From the NCBI GenBank assembly GCA_038087875.1, contig CM075985.1:186001-250000 (forward strand): a stretch of 64,000 bases of DNA, in the 5' to 3' direction. The position numbers were made by a program, and so were the translations under genes. The notes beneath the pieces are model-generated. The model was not told where the DNA came from. It did not search any database and saw nothing but the letters and a program-made list of their open reading frames with translations. This DNA is from Malacoraja senta. Its lineage: Eukaryota. Of this stretch, positions 50,904 through 61,479 are shown piece after piece; position 1 is the first letter of the stretch, and the number at the start of each line of letters is the position of its first letter.

Positions 50904-51622
50904 TGGTATGTGTCCAGGTCTGCAATATCTCTGATGACCAGCACTTTGGCTTCCTCTGGTGTTCCATTTAATTTAATAAAGATTTTACAGTTTGCAGTCC
51001 AGGTATTTAATATTTTTTTTTGTTTCTTAAGGTATCGTGCTTGTCGGGCTATATCGGCATTTCGTTTTGTTAGGTGCTCATTCATGTATACTTTTGTTCC
51101 CTTCAGCTTTCTTCCTTGTTTTAGGAGACTGACTTTATATTTCCTGCTTACAAACCTTATTATGATGGCAGGTTTGTCATCACTATTTTTAACATCTTTC
51201 GATTTTTTCCTGGGCAGTGGGTGACAAGCCTCGATGTTATCGCAGTCTACTTGTATACCTTTCGACTGCAGGAAGGCCGCCACCTGTTGCTCCGTGGAGC
51301 TTGTGTCCATTTCCCCGGGCTCCCCCCCGTTTTCGTCAGTCACCGCCCGTGCGTATGACCGGGGCTTTATACTGAGCCCGGTAATGATGATGTTGTTCTC
51401 TCTGGTGTACTGCTCCAGATCTGCAACTCTGCTCTCCAGGAACACCAGTCTCCGGTCCTTTTCGGCGCTCTGGATCCGAAGATCCCTTACCTCCGCCACG
51501 AGGTCGAGGATGGCTTTCTGCTGTTTTTTGACAGCAGAAATCTCCTCCGACAAGAACTCCAGCGCTCTTTTTATTTTGTCGCTATCCTCCGTTGTTATTA
51601 CCTTCTTCGGAGGCATGGTCAC
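50900..51622 (-). CDS. LINE ORF1 protein (coiled coil plus L1-type RRM/CTD), 240 aa
   Basis: Coiled coil (LEFLSEEISAVKKQQ...RVADLEQYTR) and IEACHPLP, IIRFV.RK, VYMNEHLT, TWT.NCKIFIK motifs. Confidence 0.88.
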   Translation of the reverse strand: MTMPPKKVITTEDSDKIKRALEFLSEEISAVKKQQKAILDLVAEVRDLRIQSAEKDRRLVFLESRVADLEQYTRENNIIITGLSIKPRSYARAVTDENGGEPGEMDTSSTEQQVAAFLQSKGIQVDCDNIEACHPLPRKKSKDVKNSDDKPAIIIRFVSRKYKVSLLKQGRKLKGTKVYMNEHLTKRNADIARQARYLKKQKKILNTWTANCKIFIKLNGTPEEAKVLVIRDIADLDTYQ

Positions 51623-51730
51623 CAGCTACTCAGGTAAACTCCAGCTACTCAGTTTTTCAATGAAAGCCAAGGTCTAACCTCGGATAATCCTCTCACCACC
51701 GCTCACCGCTGCCGCCATTTTCCGCCATTT

Positions 51731-51984
51731 GAACAGTAAGAAAACCGTTTGACTCCACAGCTAATTTCTAAATTTCTCACTCTGACTCTGTGGCACCATT
51801 TTGTTTTCCTTAATTCTTTATGAACTTAGGAACTTCTGAATTCAACGTTCATACCACTGGGTTGTAAGCTACCCAAGCAGAATATGAGCTGCTGTTCCTC
51901 CAGTTTGCATGTGGCCTCACTCTGGTAATAGAGTAGGCCCAGGACAGGAAGGTCGGTGTGGGAATGAGAAAGGCAGTTTTTGTT
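51731..51984 (-). mobile_element. Penelope-like GIY-YIG 3' fragment plus spacer, inside the LINE's TSD
   Basis: LGLLYYQSEATCKLEEQQLIFCLGSLQPSGMNVEF; GTCCTT TSD at 47328-47333 and 51985-51990. Confidence 0.75.
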
Positions 51985-52805
51985 GTCCTTGGAGATGATG
52001 GTTCCCAGGAACTTAAAAGATTCCACAGATGTGACTGTGGTGTTGTTGATGGTGAGTGGGGTGAGGGGAGGGGGAGCTCTCCTAAAGTCTACAATCAATT
52101 CCACTGTCTTAAGAGAATTGAGCTCCAGGTTGTTGCTACGGCACCAGGACGCCAGCTGTGACACTTGATGTCTGTAGGCCGATTCCTCCCCATCCTGGAT
52201 CAGTCCAATCAGGGTTGTGTTGTCCGCAAACTTGAGAAGCTTGACTGACAGAGGTGAAGTCGTTGGTGTAGAGAGCGTAGAGGAGAGGAGAAAGTACGCA
52301 GCCTTGCGGTGCTCCTATGCTGAGTGTTTACGGGTCCCAGATGTACTTTCCCAGCCAAAGTAAGTCAAATGGGCACTGGTGGGTGAAGAGTTGTAAACTA
52401 AGACCCTTGGACAGGTGAGTGGACAAGACAGGTTTAGAGGGGACAATGGACACAAGTGTGTGGGCCTTTGGTACCTTCTCAAGATGGCGTCTTGAACGGC
52501 GGGACCTTAACAAGATGGCCGCCGGCATCCGACCAATCATCGGCGCCGACCTCACATGCCCTCACCAGGATGGCCGCCATCAACCCCTCACAAAGATGGC
52601 CGCCGGCATCCGACCAATCAGCGGTGGCGATCTCACCTGCCCTCACCAAGATGGCCACCGACATCCGACCAATCAGAGGCGCCGACCTCACCACGATGGC
52701 CGCCATCAACCCCTCATAAAGATGGCCGATGGAACTCTCTGCCACAGAAGGGATCAGGGGGTACGGAGAGAAGGCAGGTACAGGATACTTGGTTGGATGA
52801 TCAGC

Positions 52806-53333
52806 TGTGAGAAAGGGGTTAATAGGTATAAGTTGATTTAGACAAGAACCCTTTGTATAGTAGGGAGGATAGGGGGAGTGAAGGACGAGTACAGATGGTG
52901 ACTTTTTCAAGGATGAGAACAGAGAAGATAGCAACAGCCCAGCCAAGAACAGGGGTAAGGGTCATAAGAAACACTCTGTGCGCATGGGCAATGAACTTAC
53001 ATAAATATGTACACACACCCACTATGACAAGATGTTTCATTTAAATGCACATGCGATGCATGATATGGGAGGTGTCTTTGACGTTGGGTGGACGTTCCAG
53101 GACGTTCTCGTGGGAATGTGGGCTTTATGTTATGATTGGAAGAAGCACAATGGGGAGGGATGAGGGTGTGACAATGATACCCATGAAATGTATAAAGATA
53201 GAAGTCATCCCGATCCTCGGTGTGCCTCTAGGGGACATCAGAGGAGAGGCACCTATTCTGCAGAATATGATTTGAATAAAAAGCTTCTTTGCCGACTTTG
53301 TCTCTAAAAGCGTTTGTGATTTTAAATCTCACA
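52806..53333 (+). mobile_element. ERV-B 5' LTR
   Basis: TGTGAGA...TCTCACA 7 bp inverted termini; TATAAA and AATAAA. Confidence 0.95.
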
Positions 53334-53338
53334 ATTTT

Positions 53339-53357
53339 TGGGGGCTCGTCTCGGGAC
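53339..53357 (+). promoter_or_regulatory. Primer binding site, tRNA-Pro
   Basis: TGGGGGCTCGTC(T)CGGGA versus the canonical TGGGGGCTCGTCCGGGAT; first 12 nt exact. Confidence 0.9.
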
Positions 53358-53723
53358 CCCCACTCCGGCTGGCTGACGACGGTATACAGAAGAAGGGACG
53401 GTGCACCCCGTTGATTTTAACGGTCCCAGACCCCTAGATTGCCGTCAGCGGTTTGGGCGAGTGGTATCCCTGAACAGAGACTCAGCAAAGAAGTGGGAGT
53501 AGTTGGAAATCCGATCGGGAGGAAGATCGGGGGAAATTCGCGAAGGAGCCAAATCGAGTGATTCTTGTGTACAGGACCCGGGTAAGAAAACTGACTATTA
53601 AGTACTACTCGGGCGATTGGGATAAGACCTTGTGGATACCGCCCTGAAGAATTCAGGGGTATGTACGGGCAAGGCAGGAAAATGGCAGGAAAATAGATCG
53701 GGGGGGAAATTCCGATCGGGAGG

Positions 53724-55100
53724 ATGGGCCATGAGAACGGAAAGCCCACCAGGGAGGGGAAGGGCGGTAAGCCTGACCCCAGCATTCTGCCTGATAGTCC
53801 GTTGGGGCGAATGCTGAGCCTCTGGGGGCAGGGAAATACCCAGGGAATTGGAGGACAAAAATGATTGAGCCTCTGGGGGCAGAGAAATACCCAGGGAATT
53901 GGAGAAGACAAAAATGATTTGATTCTGTTATTTTGAGTTTTAATACATGTAAAAGATGTTGCATTTATTTGAAGTAAGAATGGAACGAATGTGATTTGTG
54001 TGTAAAAACCGGTTTGGAATGAAAGAGGAAGTTTATATATGTGATAATTATTTTGTTTATTGTATTTGTAGACCACATTGTAAGAGTAAGTAAGTACGTT
54101 TTATTAAAATCAAAAATGTTCACTGTAGGTAGGTGTATGTTCCTTTAAATAAATCAGGTCATGGTGAAAGGCGCCGAACAGCTGTAAGATAACGATTAAT
54201 GTTTGTATCCTCGTAAGAAGGGGAAGTTGTGAAACCAGCTTTTGGTTTTTCTGATGTTCTTTTAGATTTCTAGTCAGTAAAGATAATTTGGAAAATTGTT
54301 ACTAGTGCTAGGAATTGGACATTTAAAATAGTGCTGAATATGGATTGAAATAATTGGAAATAAGTTAATTGGTAAACATTCAAGTTTAGAAAGAAAGGAG
54401 AGAGAGGCAGTTAGAAGATAACAGAAGTAGAAAAACGACAGGCGTGAAAGTAATAAAGCAGGAGGAGTCAGTGGAAGATTTTTGCAAGGAGGCTAGAATA
54501 TTTGAGAAGCAAGAAATTGAGTTTAGAATTAGAAAGAAGGCATACCAGAAAGGATTAAAGTTGGAAGCATTGGGATAAAGTGATGAGACTGTTTTAAAGA
54601 GAAAAGAGAAGGACAGACACGGATTATCCCTTGGGGCACCCATAAACTGAAAGGGCTAAAAAATACCTCGCCCTATATCCCTGATGGGGGAGGAAATGGA
54701 TTAGGGCTTTGGAGGAGGAGAACGTGGGACGATTATTGATCATGGAAGATTTGAAGGCACTGTTGGTAAAAGTGATAGGAACCGCTAAAGTGACAGAACT
54801 ACTGAAGATGGATGGTATAAACTGATGCGAACAATGTAACAAGCAATGGCATACTGTTTGACACAGTCAGGCAGAGGGTATGGCAGACCCTCAGACAATG
54901 TTACCCACTTAAGAGGAACCCCAAGGAACAAGGGGAGATACAGAAGGAAAGGCAAATAGCCTATCTGGAAAACCAGCTGAAAAGGTGGAGAGTTGATTGA
55001 TGAACATTATATTATGAACTACTGTGGTGGATGTCATTCTTCTTAAAGTCAAGCAGATTCAGCGAACAGTTGGTCTCTGCGGTCGAGAAATATCGCAAAG
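53724..55100 (+). pseudogene. gag: gag remnants (matrix start, then degenerate capsid of another ERV lineage)
   Basis: MGHENGK...ILPDSPLGRMLSLW, later KWIRALEEE.VGRLL..EDLKALL and VWQTLRQCYP...YLENQLKRWR; many stops. Confidence 0.7.
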
Positions 55101-55439
55101 ATAGGAAAAAGATTTGCAAACCAGCAGGAGGAGGTGTTGTCAATAAACAATGGACCTAAGTGAGTCCTATGACGGAACCAAGCAGGGCCAGAGAATTACA
55201 TGCCAATAATGAATGTCTTTGGGGTACGTTTCCTCAAAAAGTCCTATCAGGAGTGAAATTAATCTGGATATAAGCCCTAACAGGACTGGGGTCCCCAAGA
55301 GAGAAAGGGATTTAAAGGAGGATTTGTTGGTATTGTTCCATAAGTAACAAGCGATGTAAGAGAGAGAGAGAGATTTAAAAAAAATACTTCAGAATGTAGG
55401 ACAGAGTATGATAACCTCAGGAAAAGGCAGGATATAGTT

Positions 55440-56000
55440 CAGACTAGATTAGGTATAAGCCCTGTAGTGTCGTTTATGATGAATAAGGTAATTAAGAGGT
55501 TTGGTAGACGTACAGAAATCAGCTTTGACAACGGATTGTTTTCATTTAGGGAGTAGCTAAGTTGGCGATAGAGACCCTTAGAGTAAAATACACATTTGGG
55601 TATGTAACACCTGCAGTCACAGGCATGGTGGAAAGAATAAATGGAACATTGAAGGTTAATATAAATAAGATTTGTTTAATTACAAAGTTGAATGGGATCG
55701 ATGCCCTGCCATTGGCACTGAAGAGATGTTGCATGCAAACTAACCGAGCAGGTGGCACAATGGAGAGGTCCCTACAAGAGACCGAGTTTGGAACAGTTAA
55801 AGATAGAATTTAAAAAGTATATGAAACAGTTAATTATGATATACAAGTCTATTTATGAACAGGAAAAGTAAAAGCTGTTGGAGGTGGACCAGGAGGAAGG
55901 ACCCTTTAAACCTGAAGACAAGGTGTATGTATGAGTTTTCTAAACTACCGACCGATGTTCAGGTAGAAGGTTGATATACCTGGTACCATTTCAATAATAC
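55440..56000 (+). pseudogene. pol: Degenerate retroviral integrase
   Basis: GMVERINGTLK..INKIC..TKLN.IDALPLAL...MQTNR and PTDVQVEG.YTWYH. Confidence 0.8.
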
Positions 56001-56097
56001 CTGAGGGCTGTCCCGCAGGTACGAATAGATAATAGCCCTGAGGTAAGTGAACAGGAGGACAAGAGATGTGAGAAAAGAGTAGAGTTTGAACAAGAAC

Positions 56098-57058
56098 GTT
56101 GTTTGACATCAGTGGTGGGCAAAATAATGGAAAGCATACTTAAGACAATATAAGAATTTGGATAAATAGGGTAGGATTAGGAAGAATTAGCATGGATTTG
56201 TGATTGTGATGTTTGACTAATCTTGAATTTTTTGAAAAGGTTATTAGGGAAATTGATGAGGGTAAAGTGATGGATGTTGTCTAGATGAACTTCAGTAAGG
56301 CCTTTGACAAGGTTCAATAAGGAAATAAGGTTGGTTAAGAAGGGTTAGTAAGGAATAGGAAGATGGATTAAAAAGTGGCTGTATGGGAGATGTCAGAGAG
56401 CAATGGTGGATGGATGTTTGTCAGGTTGGAGGTCAGTGACTAGAGGGGTACCTCGGGGATGTGTGTTGGGTCCACTGTTGTTTGTCATGTGAATCAATAA
56501 TCTGGATGCTGGTGTGGTAAAATAGATTAATAAGTATGTAGATGATACTAAGATAGGTGGTGTTGTGAATAATGAAGTAGATTTTAAAAAGTGTACAGAG
56601 AGATTTAGGTCATTTGGAAGAATGGGTTGAAACATGACAGATGGGTTTAATGTTGATAAGTGTGAGGTGATACATCTTGGCAGGACAAATCAAAATTGAA
56701 TGTACATGGTAAATGATTGTGAATTGAGGAATGAAGTTGAATAGAGGGATCTAGGAATAACTGTGCATGGTTCCCTGAAGGTGGAATTTCATGAAGATAG
56801 GATGGTAAAGAAAGATTTTGGTGTGTTGGCCTTTATAAATCAGAGCATTGTGTATAGAAGTTGGGTTGTAATGTTAAATTGTACAAGGTATTGGTGAGGT
56901 CAATTGTGGAGTATGGTGTATAATTTTGGTAGGCATAATTATAGGAAGGATGTCAACAAAATAGAGAGAGTACAGAGGAGATCAATTAGAATGTTGACTG
57001 GGTTTCAGCAACTAAGACACAGAGAAAGATTGAACAAGTTAGGTCTTTATTATTTAGG
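56098..57058 (+). mobile_element. Heavily mutated CR1 RT fragment inside ERV-B
   Basis: Collinear with CR1 18743-19705 but with many substitutions and small deletions. Confidence 0.92.
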
Positions 57059-57450
57059 AACGATAGAAGGGGTCCCAACAAATACAAGGGAATGATGTAT
57101 TCCTAAGGAACTATCTACTGGCAGTATCTCGTTCTCTTACAGAATTAAGAACCAAGGGGCTGCTGGCACAGAGTCCCCATCTCGACTTTCCAATCCATTC
57201 TGTGAAAGCGGGGGACTGGGATCTTGTAACATCATGGAAGGAAGAAAAGCTGCAACCTAAGTGGACTGGACCCTACCTGGTGTTACTAATCACCGAGACA
57301 GCAGTACGAACAAAAGAAAAAGGGTGGACACACGCAAGCCGATTTAAGGGTCCTGTGGAGGCCCCACCAAACAATATCAGCCCGTGGACTGTGCGCAAAG
57401 GAGAGGAACCATTGACTTTAATATTTAACAAGAACCCGCGGGAAAAATGA
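57059..57450 (+). pseudogene. pol: Second integrase C-terminus (ERV-B lineage)
   Basis: GDW.LV.SWKEEKLQPKWTGPYLVLL.TETAVRTKEKGWTH. Confidence 0.85.
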
Positions 57451-58298
57451 AGATTTCGTGTTGGTGGGTCGTGTGTTGGGTGGTTACCCAACTATGTAAG
57501 CATACAGAGTGTTCAAATGCAGGAAAGTGGAAGGATGTGCAGATAGAACAGGGAGAATGAGCCTAAGGATTTGAAGATAATGATAGTAGCAGGAGAAACA
57601 GAATTAAGGCAATTATATGAGGAGGGAATACCTACAGGAGGGAAGGGAGCCAACACCTGGCTTGCCTGGATGATGTACACGGCCAGGAGTATGCAACACA
57701 CCAATTGCTATGCCTGTGCCGGAGCTAAGCCTCAGCTGGTTCCAGAACCATTTCCCTTGAATTGGGATAGGACACCTGGGGCTATGTCATGTATACTACA
57801 GCTATTCACGAATCCCATCCTACCAAAGGATGCGACCTGCCAGAGTTATCATTACCTACTCCCGGCTAGCAACAACAATACAAAGGGCCGAAGGACAGAC
57901 CCTTCGACACACACATATATATAGATGCGATAGGGGTGCCAAGAGGGGTACCCGATGAATTCAAAGCCAGAAACCAGATAGCTGCGGGCTTTGAGTCCAT
58001 ACTCTTCTGGTGGTCCACACTTAATAAAAATGTGGACTGGATCAACTACCTATACTACAATCAACAACGCTTTATAAATTACACTCGAGATGCGGTTGAA
58101 GGATTAGCGGAACAACTGACAGATACCAGCCTAATGGCCTGGCAAAATCGCATGGCCTTAGACATGCTACTGGCTGAGAAGGGAGGGGTGTGTGTAATGT
58201 TTGGGGAACAATGTTGCACCTTCATCCCCAACAACATTGCTCCTGATGGGTCAGTATCGAGAGCCCTAGCAGGTCTCACCTCCCTGTCTATCGAATGA
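57447..58298 (+). pseudogene. env: ERV-B env, internally deleted and truncated before the TM anchor
   Basis: NTWLAWM.YTA...NCYACA (SU); GVPRGVPDEFKARNQIAAGFES, WQNRMALDMLLAEKGGVC and CX6CC (TM). Confidence 0.9.
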
Positions 58299-58396
58299 GA
58301 GGAAGATAGAGAGAGGCGAAGATTCTGCTGCTAGCATTAGAGAAGGGGCAGATAGTCTAAATCAAAGATTGCAGTAGCAAAAGTAAAAGTGTGGAT

Positions 58397-58938
58397 TGTG
58401 AGAAAGGGGTTAATAGGTATAAGTTGATTTAGACAAGAACCCTTTGTATAGTAGGGAGTATAGTAGGGAGGATAGGGGGAGTGAAGGACAAGTACAGATG
58501 GTGACTTTTTCAAGGATGAGAACAGAGAAGATAGCAACAGCCCAGCCAAGAACTAGGGTAAGGGTCATAAGAAACACTCAGTGCGCATGGGCAATGAACT
58601 TACATGAATATGTACACACACCCACTATGACAAGATGTCTCATTTAAATGCACATGCGATGCATGATATGGGAGGTGTCTTTGACGTCGGGTGGACGTTC
58701 CAGGACGTTCTCGTGGGAATGTGGGCTTTATGTTATGATTGGAAGAAGCACAATGGGGAGGGATGAGGGTGTGACAATGATACCCATTAAATGTATAAAG
58801 ATAGAAGTCATCCCGATCCTCGGTGTGCCTCTAGGGGACATCAGAGGAGAGGCACCTATTCTGCAGAATATGATTTTGAATTAAAAGCTTCTTTGCTGAC
58901 TTTGTCTCTAAAAGCGTTTGTGATTTTTGAATCTCACA
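58397..58938 (+). mobile_element. ERV-B 3' LTR
   Basis: Matches the 5' LTR plus a 12 bp duplication (TATAGTAGGGAG); TATAAA at 58794-58799; poly(A) signal is ATTAAA. Confidence 0.95.
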
Positions 58939-59791
58939 ATGACCATGGCTGACGTTCCTCAGGCATCAACTCCTGTTTGGTGCCAGTTCCTCATTGCACT
59001 CAATTCTCCAATCTTTCAAAAGTTTAACTACCGCCATATTAAATACTTCCAATGATTTTGTCTTCACAAATCTCTGGCGCCAGAGAATGACCACACTCTG
59101 CAAAAAGAGATTTTGTAAACAAATGACTGGTCTCTTTTATCTCTTATTGAAGAGGAGTGAAAATACGGCCAATTTTAAGCTTGTCCCCTCCCCAATTGGC
59201 CCTCATTTTGTAACTTGTCAATTATTTATTATTGTCAATAATATGCCCTAGTGAAAAGATTTGCCGTTGGTATTAGTTTATTATTGTCACGTGAACTGTG
59301 ATATAGTCAAACGTTTTTTCTGTGTGTTATCCAATCAGATCATACTACACATGTGCAATCAAGCCATCCACAAGTAGAACAGTGCAAAGAGAAAACTACT
59401 CAGAGTGCAGAATATCGGGTTACAATATCATAGCATTACAGTTACAGAGAAAGTGCAGATCAAAAAGAGTTGCAAGGATCACAATGAGATTGGTTGGAAG
59501 ATCAGGACAACATCTTATCTTACATGAGAATCATTCAGTAGTCCAATAACAGTGGGGAAGAAGCTGTTCCTGAATTTAATGGTGCATACTTTCAAACGTT
59601 CTTGTGTACTGTCTTAACAGGGAGCATACAATCCCTTTTAAACCACGTGTTTGGTTGATGGTGACGAAAGAGGCAAAATGGGGCAGATGTGGACAGTAAC
59701 TTGGTTGTTGTAGTAGACTGAAGAATATTTTGTGGTGGGTGACTGTGCAAGTTTTACTGAAGATGAAAATAACCATCTTACTGCCTTGTAG

Positions 59792-60058
59792 TTTCCCCTG
59801 AGGTCACTCTCGCTGCCCGTCCTGATGATCATTCAGTCCTGTACTGCACTGTGTTTGGATTTTACCCACCGGCCATCAATGTCAGCTGGTTGCAGAATGG
59901 TCAACATGTCTCTGAGACCAAATCTTCTGGGGTCATACCCAACAACGATGGAACATATCATCTAAGGTCTGTCCTTGAGTATGATCCATATGATGGGAAA
60001 CAGTATTCCTGTCATGTCGATCACAGCAGCCTGCCCGGTGGGAAGATCATCATCTGGG
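59792..60058 (+). CDS. MHC class I-like alpha3 (C1-set Ig) exon, phase 1-1, 267 nt
   Basis: ttgtag|...|gtaag. Encodes xSPEVTLAARPDDHSVLYCTVFGFYPPAINVSWLQNGQHVSETKSSGVIPNNDGTYHLRSVLEYDPYDGKQYSCHVDHSSLPGGKIIIW, with both Cys, the core Trp, GFYP, PNxDGTY and YSCxVxHSSL. C1-set is certain; class I is the likeliest family. Confidence 0.88.
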
Positions 60059-60133
60059 GTAAGAACGTTAAATATTCTTTCATAGATAATCATTATCTTC
60101 TGTTGTTTCCATTTTAATCATTGTGACTACATC

Positions 60134-61177
60134 TAGGTATGTTACAAAACTTACCTTCAGCGGCGCTGCAATTCTGTCACTGCCTGTGTGCGCGACTTTG
60201 GCGCCTTTGAGAGGGGGGCGGGTTTAAAATGCAATATTTCGGCAGCCTGTTCTAAACGATCTTGAACAGGCTAAATAGTTGATGAAGAAAAATCGCTTCG
60301 ACTGCCGTTTTATTAAGTTTATTAATATTAGCGCTTTATAATTTAATTGGTGGAGTAAAATTAAAATCATCTTCAAATGCCGTAAACGCAGACAACGGGG
60401 ACGGATTTCACGCACGGGACAAGGCAAGGTACACCATTTATTTTTTCATATAAACTTGCTTCTTAGGATGCCTTTAATAAAAATTTCAAGTTGCGAAAAT
60501 GTGATTATTTAAGTATACCAACCGGCAGTATTTTTCCTGCCGATATTGGGATTTAATTCAGTGCAACCGCAGCGTTCCAAACCAGCGCATTCCACAAAAT
60601 CCCACTCGCAAGATGATTTAAATGGCCATTAATTTACAGGAATTAAACACTAAATTCCTTCCATTTGGCCTATAAATTAATGACAATGAGATTTAAAAAT
60701 AATGTTATATTGTGAATTCTTGTGTGAATGTTATTTGGACACTTAGGCTTTTTAAAAATGTTAACTTTTTCTTAAGAAATGGACAGATATTTAGATCTAG
60801 TAATTGAATTTTGTAATTAGCTACAATTGGGTAACTAACTAATTATATGCTTTAATTTCAGGTCATCCAAGTAAGATTGTTTCATATTTGTTTCAGAATG
60901 CTTCAATCTATAATAACTGAAAATGTCATTAAGTTCTCTTAATTTTTAAGAAAGTTATGGGCTTTTGACTGTCCTTGATCACAGCTTTTGTTTTAAGTCA
61001 ATGGAAAAGCAATAGGGAACAAGATGCTAATTTCCGAGTATGAAAATGGCCAAACTTTTTTAACACAGAAGAAATGAAAGTGGATTAGGTGTCAAATTAA
61101 TCTTCTTTTTATGCTTTATCTGATGGGATAAATTGCAGACTTGATTTTTAAAATCTCAAAATTTTGTGACATTGCTA
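60134..61177. mobile_element. Non-autonomous DNA transposon (MITE-like, possibly hAT) in the intron
   Basis: Imperfect 16 bp TIRs (TAGGTATGTTACAAAA / TAGCAATGTCACAAAA, 13/16). CTACATC(T/C) recurs at both ends, so the exact TSD is ambiguous. Confidence 0.55.
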
Positions 61178-61479
61178 CATCCCATGTAGTACATCCCACA
61201 TTCCAAGATGCTTAAACTTTCTTTGTTTAGTGGTGTTGCTCTAAGTAATCACGTAATCAGCACCCACTCTCCACATGAGCAGAAGACTTTGTCAACAGAA
61301 AATATATTAAAAGTAAGTAAATAAATAACTAATATACAAGGAAGGAGTATTTGGGATTCTCAGTGGTGGAACTGATATCCATGAAAGGTATGTTTAAATA
61401 TAAAATGAATCTTTCCTCATGATGTGATTAACAGCAAGGCACTGGGGGAGTACATGCCCCAATCTGAATCAATAGTCTG

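Larger units (their letters stand above)
47334..51730 (-). mobile_element. Full-length L2/Crack-group LINE (5' UTR, ORF1, ORF2, (AATA)n tail)
   Basis: 5' end AATGGCGGAAAATGGCGGC; ORF1 and ORF2 present; (TATT)n at 47333-47378; absent from copy 1. Confidence 0.92.
31537..52805. repeat. Segmental duplication, copy 2 (with later insertions)
   Basis: Collinear with 1-16193 at about 2-3% divergence by eye. Extra inserts at 44678-45530 and 47334-51984, and a ~545 bp deletion near 45830. Confidence 0.97.
52806..58938 (+). mobile_element. ERV-B: defective two-LTR class I (epsilon/gamma-like) provirus with mosaic interior
   Basis: Two ~98% identical LTRs, PBS-Pro, matrix, capsid, integrase and env remnants. 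Confidence 0.92.

Noticed and set aside
59621-59780. alpha2-like start (EHTI...VFG...DGDERG) just upstream of the alpha3 exon
   Set aside because: The apparent acceptor is part of a Rex-type TE fragment, the segment is too short, and frameshifts are required.
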